Shown here: in pieces, positions 60,456 to 64,000 of the stretch | Position numbering within the stretch: the stretch's first letter is position 1 | Layout of the letters: each line of letters begins with the position of its first letter | DNA from: Acidimicrobiia bacterium | Lineage (GTDB): Bacteria > Actinomycetota > Acidimicrobiia > Spongiisociales > ZC4RG35 | DNA: 64,000 nucleotides | Direction: 5' to 3' | Assembly (NCBI GenBank): GCA_965215185.1 | Contig: OZ244034.1 | Coordinates: 1,184,001-1,248,000, forward strand | Made by a program: the position numbers and the translations under genes | The notes under the pieces: model-generated | Database searches by the model: none | Told to the model about the DNA's origin: nothing | Seen by the model: only the letters and a program-made list of their open reading frames with translations

Positions 60456-61427
60456 TCAGGCGTTTTCGCCCAGGAATATATTGCTCACCGAATCGTCGGT
60501 GAAGATGGCCTGCACCGATTTGGCGACTATGGAAGCGATCGAGAGCACCTTGAGATTCCCCATCTGGTAGGCGCTGTCGGAAACCGGCAGGGTGTTGGTA
60601 ACCACCACCTCATCGATCCCAGCCCGGGCGATGCTGTCCATGGCCTGCTCGGAAAGCACGGCGTGGGTCGCTGCGATTCGTACCGAAGCAGCGCCCATCT
60701 TCCGGATCAGTTCGGCGGCGTTGCACACCGTGCCTCCGGTATCGATGATGTCGTCCACGATCACCGCATGCCGACCCTCCACCACCCCGGTGACCGCCAG
60801 CGCCTCGGAAAAATTGTGCCGGTGGGCGTCCCTTCGCTTATAGACCAAAGCCACATCGGCGTTCAGATGTCTCGCATATCTCTCGGCTCGTTTACCACCA
60901 CCCGCATCGGGAGAGACGATGGTCACATCTCCACTGGTCACAGTGGACAGATACTCGCAGATTATGGGAATCGCAGTGAGATGATCGAAGGGCTTGGTGA
61001 TGAACCCCTGCAACTGCCCGGTGTGCAGGTCTACGGAGACCAAGCGGTCGGCGCCAGCCACCATGAAGAGGTCACCCACCAGTCGGGAGGTGATCGGCTC
61101 CCGGGGAAGAACCTTCTTGTCCTGCCGACAGTACCCGTAGTAGGGCATCACGGCGGTAATCTGCCGGGCAGAGGCCCGGCGAAGGGCGTCTATGATGATC
61201 AACTGCTCCATGATGGCGTCGTTGATGGGAGCCGAGTGGCTCTGCAAAACGAAACAGTCGGTGCCTCGTACGCTTTCTTCCGCACGCGCATATGTCTCCC
61301 CGCTGGAGAAAGTGGACCTCTGCAGTCTGCCTAGTGATACTCCCAGCAGATCGGCCACCTCCTGGGCCAGCTCAAGATTGTGGCTGCCGGAAAAGATCCG
61401 CATTTGCTTGAAGTGGGCTATGTCCAT
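60456..61427 (-). CDS. prs: Ribose-phosphate pyrophosphokinase
   Basis: FSSGE, YCRQDKK, VDLH, VSPDAGG, VDDIIDTGGT. Confidence 0.96.
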   Translation of the reverse strand: MDIAHFKQMRIFSGSHNLELAQEVADLLGVSLGRLQRSTFSSGETYARAEESVRGTDCFVLQSHSAPINDAIMEQLIIIDALRRASARQITAVMPYYGYCRQDKKVLPREPITSRLVGDLFMVAGADRLVSVDLHTGQLQGFITKPFDHLTAIPIICEYLSTVTSGDVTIVSPDAGGGKRAERYARHLNADVALVYKRRDAHRHNFSEALAVTGVVEGRHAVIVDDIIDTGGTVCNAAELIRKMGAASVRIAATHAVLSEQAMDSIARAGIDEVVVTNTLPVSDSAYQMGNLKVLSIASIVAKSVQAIFTDDSVSNIFLGENA

Positions 61428-61440
61428 CTGAGTATCTCCA

Positions 61441-62871
61441 TTAGCTGCCGCTGCTCGTAACGGAAGGATCAGAAATGGTTTTCCTTTCGCTTTCCTGACG
61501 GTAGCGGGCCGCCCGTCTGGCCGCATAACCACGGATCGCCTTCTGGGTGGACCGCTCCACCGCCAACGCCCCGGGCGGCACTGGCCGGGTGATGGTTGAC
61601 CCTGCTCCGGTCCATCCCTCTTCTCCTACCTCCACCGGCGCTACCAACACGGTATTGGAACCGATCTGGGATCCCGCTCCAATCCTGGTGCGATGCTTTT
61701 GATACCCGTCGTAGTTGGCGGTTATAGTGCCCGCACCGATGTTGGCCCCTTCCCCAACATCGGAATCGCCCAGATAGGAGAGGTGGGGCACCTTGGCGCC
61801 CTTCCCCAACCGACTGTTCTTTATCTCCACGAAAGTACCGGCCTTGGCGCCACCCTCGATCCTAGTTCCCGGACGCAGCGAGGCGTAGGGCCCGACCTGA
61901 ACATCAGGCCCTATCACGGATTCACGTACCACCGAGTACCACACCCTGGAACCGGCGCCGATCCGGCTATCTCGGACATAGGCATCAGGACCCACTGTCG
62001 CCCCCTCCTCCACCTCTACCTCACCCTCCAGATGCACCCCCGCGTAGAGTTTCACCCCCGCTGCCAATTTGACATCCGCCTCCACATAGATTCGCCCCGG
62101 ATCTTCCATCCACACGCCAGCCAGCATATGGCGACGGAGGATCCGCCTTCTCATCAAACTCGCCACCTCCGCCAACTGAGCCTGGTTGTTCACTCCCAGG
62201 GCATTCCGAAAAGGAATCAGCGTTGCCACCACCTTGCGACCGTCGCCCACCATCAGACCGATCACATCCGGCAGGTAATACTCACCCTGCCGGTTCCCAG
62301 CCCCGATCCGCCCCAGCGCAAAGCGCAGGTCCCCGGCCGAGAAGACATAGATGCTGGTGTTTATCTCCCTTATTTCCCGTTGGGCGGGGTCGGCGTCGAC
62401 ATGCTCCACCACTCCCCGCACCCGCCCGGCAGAGTCCCGCACCACTCTCCCGTAGCCGGTGGGATCTTCCACCTCAGCGGTGAGCATGGTGGCCACCGCC
62501 CCTTGGGAGCGGTGAGAAGCTAATGCTTCGCTGATCGACTCGGCTGTGATTAGCGGAACATCTCCGGGCAGCACCACCACGGGTGTTCCCTCGGGCAGTT
62601 CTTCCAACGCCTCCATCCCCAGGGATACGGCTTGTCCGGTCCCTCGACGCTCGGCCTGAAAACAGGTCTCCACCCCGGCAGGCAGAATGGATCTGACCCG
62701 GCGAGCCCCTGCTCCCACCACCACCATGATCCGTCCCGGGCGGGTCACCGAAGCTGCCTCCACGATCCAGGATAGGATCGGTCGACCCGCCAGAGAGTGA
62801 AGCACTTTCGGTACATCGGAGTGCATCCGCACGCCTTCGCCGGCGGCCATGATTATCACTGCATGGCTCAT
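61441..62871 (-). CDS. glmU: Bifunctional UDP-GlcNAc pyrophosphorylase/acetyltransferase
   Basis: MAAGEGVRM..PKVLH, GDVP, GEYYL, hexapeptide repeats, HLSYLGD; start at MSHAVII. Confidence 0.96.
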   Translation of the reverse strand: MSHAVIIMAAGEGVRMHSDVPKVLHSLAGRPILSWIVEAASVTRPGRIMVVVGAGARRVRSILPAGVETCFQAERRGTGQAVSLGMEALEELPEGTPVVVLPGDVPLITAESISEALASHRSQGAVATMLTAEVEDPTGYGRVVRDSAGRVRGVVEHVDADPAQREIREINTSIYVFSAGDLRFALGRIGAGNRQGEYYLPDVIGLMVGDGRKVVATLIPFRNALGVNNQAQLAEVASLMRRRILRRHMLAGVWMEDPGRIYVEADVKLAAGVKLYAGVHLEGEVEVEEGATVGPDAYVRDSRIGAGSRVWYSVVRESVIGPDVQVGPYASLRPGTRIEGGAKAGTFVEIKNSRLGKGAKVPHLSYLGDSDVGEGANIGAGTITANYDGYQKHRTRIGAGSQIGSNTVLVAPVEVGEEGWTGAGSTITRPVPPGALAVERSTQKAIRGYAARRAARYRQESERKTISDPSVTSSGS

Positions 62872-62907
62872 AGTCTTCTCCAAATCACGTAGCGGGAAAC
62901 CCGGCAC

Positions 62908-62982
62908 TGGCTGGGGGGATAGGACTTGAACCCATACCGGCGGGACCAAAACCCGCTGTGCTGCCGGTTACACCACCCCCCA
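62908..62982 (-). tRNA. tRNA-Gln(TTG)
   Basis: TGGGGGG/CCCCCCA acceptor stem, GCGGG-TTTTGGT-CCCGC anticodon arm, GGTTCAAGTCC, encoded CCA. Confidence 0.94.
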
Positions 62983-63013
62983 TTGGGGAAAGAAGGGCAC
63001 ATCGCCCCCTAGG

Positions 63014-63868
63014 TTACCCGGTCATCTCACGGGCGCCGCCGGGAAACAGAGCCGCTCCCACCGTGGCTGCGAACCATTTCTCCACGGCTTGAGATGCGAA
63101 GATGGCTTCCTCTGCGTCCATGAAGAAAGAGAACAACGATGGCCCACTACCTGACATGGCCACCGGCCTCCCCCACTCCCGGGACAGAAGCTGCATCATG
63201 TCACCCAATTCAGGGAGAAGGCTTACCGCGGCGGGATGAAGGTCGTTTCGGATGGGTGCCGAACGGCGAAGACCGGGAGGCAGAGCGTCGGAAGGAAACT
63301 GCGCGCCCCGCGGTCCCTCCAGATCGTCCCACATCCGGTAGACATCAGCGGTGAGCAGGGGAAAATCCGGCACCGCTAACCCCAAGGCGAAACCTGACAA
63401 AGCAGGCATGGAATACACCTTTTCTCCAAAGCCTTCCACCCACAGGCTTCCACCCTGTAGCGCAGCCGGAACGTCCGAACCGACCCGAGGCGCCGCGGTG
63501 CGCAGTTGGTCCGAATCGAGGTTGAGCATCCTGCCCAAGGCCACCAACACCGCTGCCGCGTCCGCGCTTCCTCCCCCCAACCCGGCCGCCACCGGAATGC
63601 GTTTCTCCAAGAACACCTCCAGCGGCGGACGATCAACACCGGTCTCCCTTTCCAACGCCTCCACCGCTTTCCACACCAGATTTTCCTCCCCGGTGGGAAG
63701 GTCGGCGCCCTGTATTTGCAGCCGATCCTCGTCGCCTTCGGTAACCGTGACCCGATCACACCAATCCACTGTTTGCATCAGCGACTGAATGGGATGAAGC
63801 CCCGAAGCCGATCTCGGTCCCACCATCAAGGTGAGGTTTACTTTGGCGGGCGCCAGCCAGGTGCTCAT
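63014..63868 (-). CDS. ispE: 4-(CDP)-2-C-methyl-D-erythritol kinase
   Basis: APAKVNL, KRIPVAAGLGGGSADAA, GSDVP, MSGSGPS. Confidence 0.96.
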   Translation of the reverse strand: MSTWLAPAKVNLTLMVGPRSASGLHPIQSLMQTVDWCDRVTVTEGDEDRLQIQGADLPTGEENLVWKAVEALERETGVDRPPLEVFLEKRIPVAAGLGGGSADAAAVLVALGRMLNLDSDQLRTAAPRVGSDVPAALQGGSLWVEGFGEKVYSMPALSGFALGLAVPDFPLLTADVYRMWDDLEGPRGAQFPSDALPPGLRRSAPIRNDLHPAAVSLLPELGDMMQLLSREWGRPVAMSGSGPSLFSFFMDAEEAIFASQAVEKWFAATVGAALFPGGAREMTG

Positions 63869-64000
63869 GGGTGGGACTCCCAGCCGCGCACCACAGTGGC
63901 CAGTCGCAGGAAATCACTGGGAGAAAGAGACTCGGGCCGCCGGTCCGCAGAGATTCCCGCCGCCGACAGCATCGGCTCGACAGCCGCCAACTCCGACTCC
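63865..64000 (-). CDS. rsmA: 16S rRNA dimethyltransferase, 3' end only
   Basis: ...AAGISADRRPESLSPSDFLRLA...stop overlapping ispE ATG; conserved rsmA-ispE order. Confidence 0.72.
   Translation of the reverse strand, partial: ESELAAVEPMLSAAGISADRRPESLSPSDFLRLATVVRGWESHP

Noticed and set aside
58270-62982. tRNA-anchored integrated element at tRNA-Arg or tRNA-Gln
   Set aside because: No integrase and no duplicated tRNA 3' end; flanks are housekeeping genes

Overview
High-GC bacterial chromosome segment, most likely an actinobacterium. WhiB, DUF3107, an InhA-type FabI, tyrS next to rrn and the rsmA-ispE-tRNA-Gln-glmU-prs order support this; class Acidimicrobiia is an inference needing a 16S search. 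The left ~31 kb is an accessory region with two interleaved gene sets. (i) An amide/lactam/N-heterocycle catabolic set: one hydantoinase/oxoprolinase A subunit followed by at least three tandem, diverged B subunits, a second A+B pair behind a peptide-type ABC importer, an amidohydrolase, M20- and M19-family hydrolases with non-canonical metal ligands, a NicX-like protein and an SDR. (ii) A cell-surface set: a CsaB-like pyruvyltransferase-coiled-coil-glycosyltransferase fusion, two paralogous SLH-domain proteins (one frameshifted) and an SLH-bearing S41 protease. The middle holds a complete minus-strand 16S-23S-5S operon and tyrS. The right part is mostly housekeeping: fabI, murF, ddl, amt, mpg, argF, pheST, infC-rpmI-rplT, glnA, whiB, prs, glmU, ispE and two tRNAs. 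Its oddities include a lumazine-synthase domain fused to two transmembrane helices, an AUC-initiated infC, a perfect CRP-type box before whiB, a lone argF and several decaying genes. All assignments come from reading motifs by eye; no searches were run, and RNA gene ends and some start codons are approximate.
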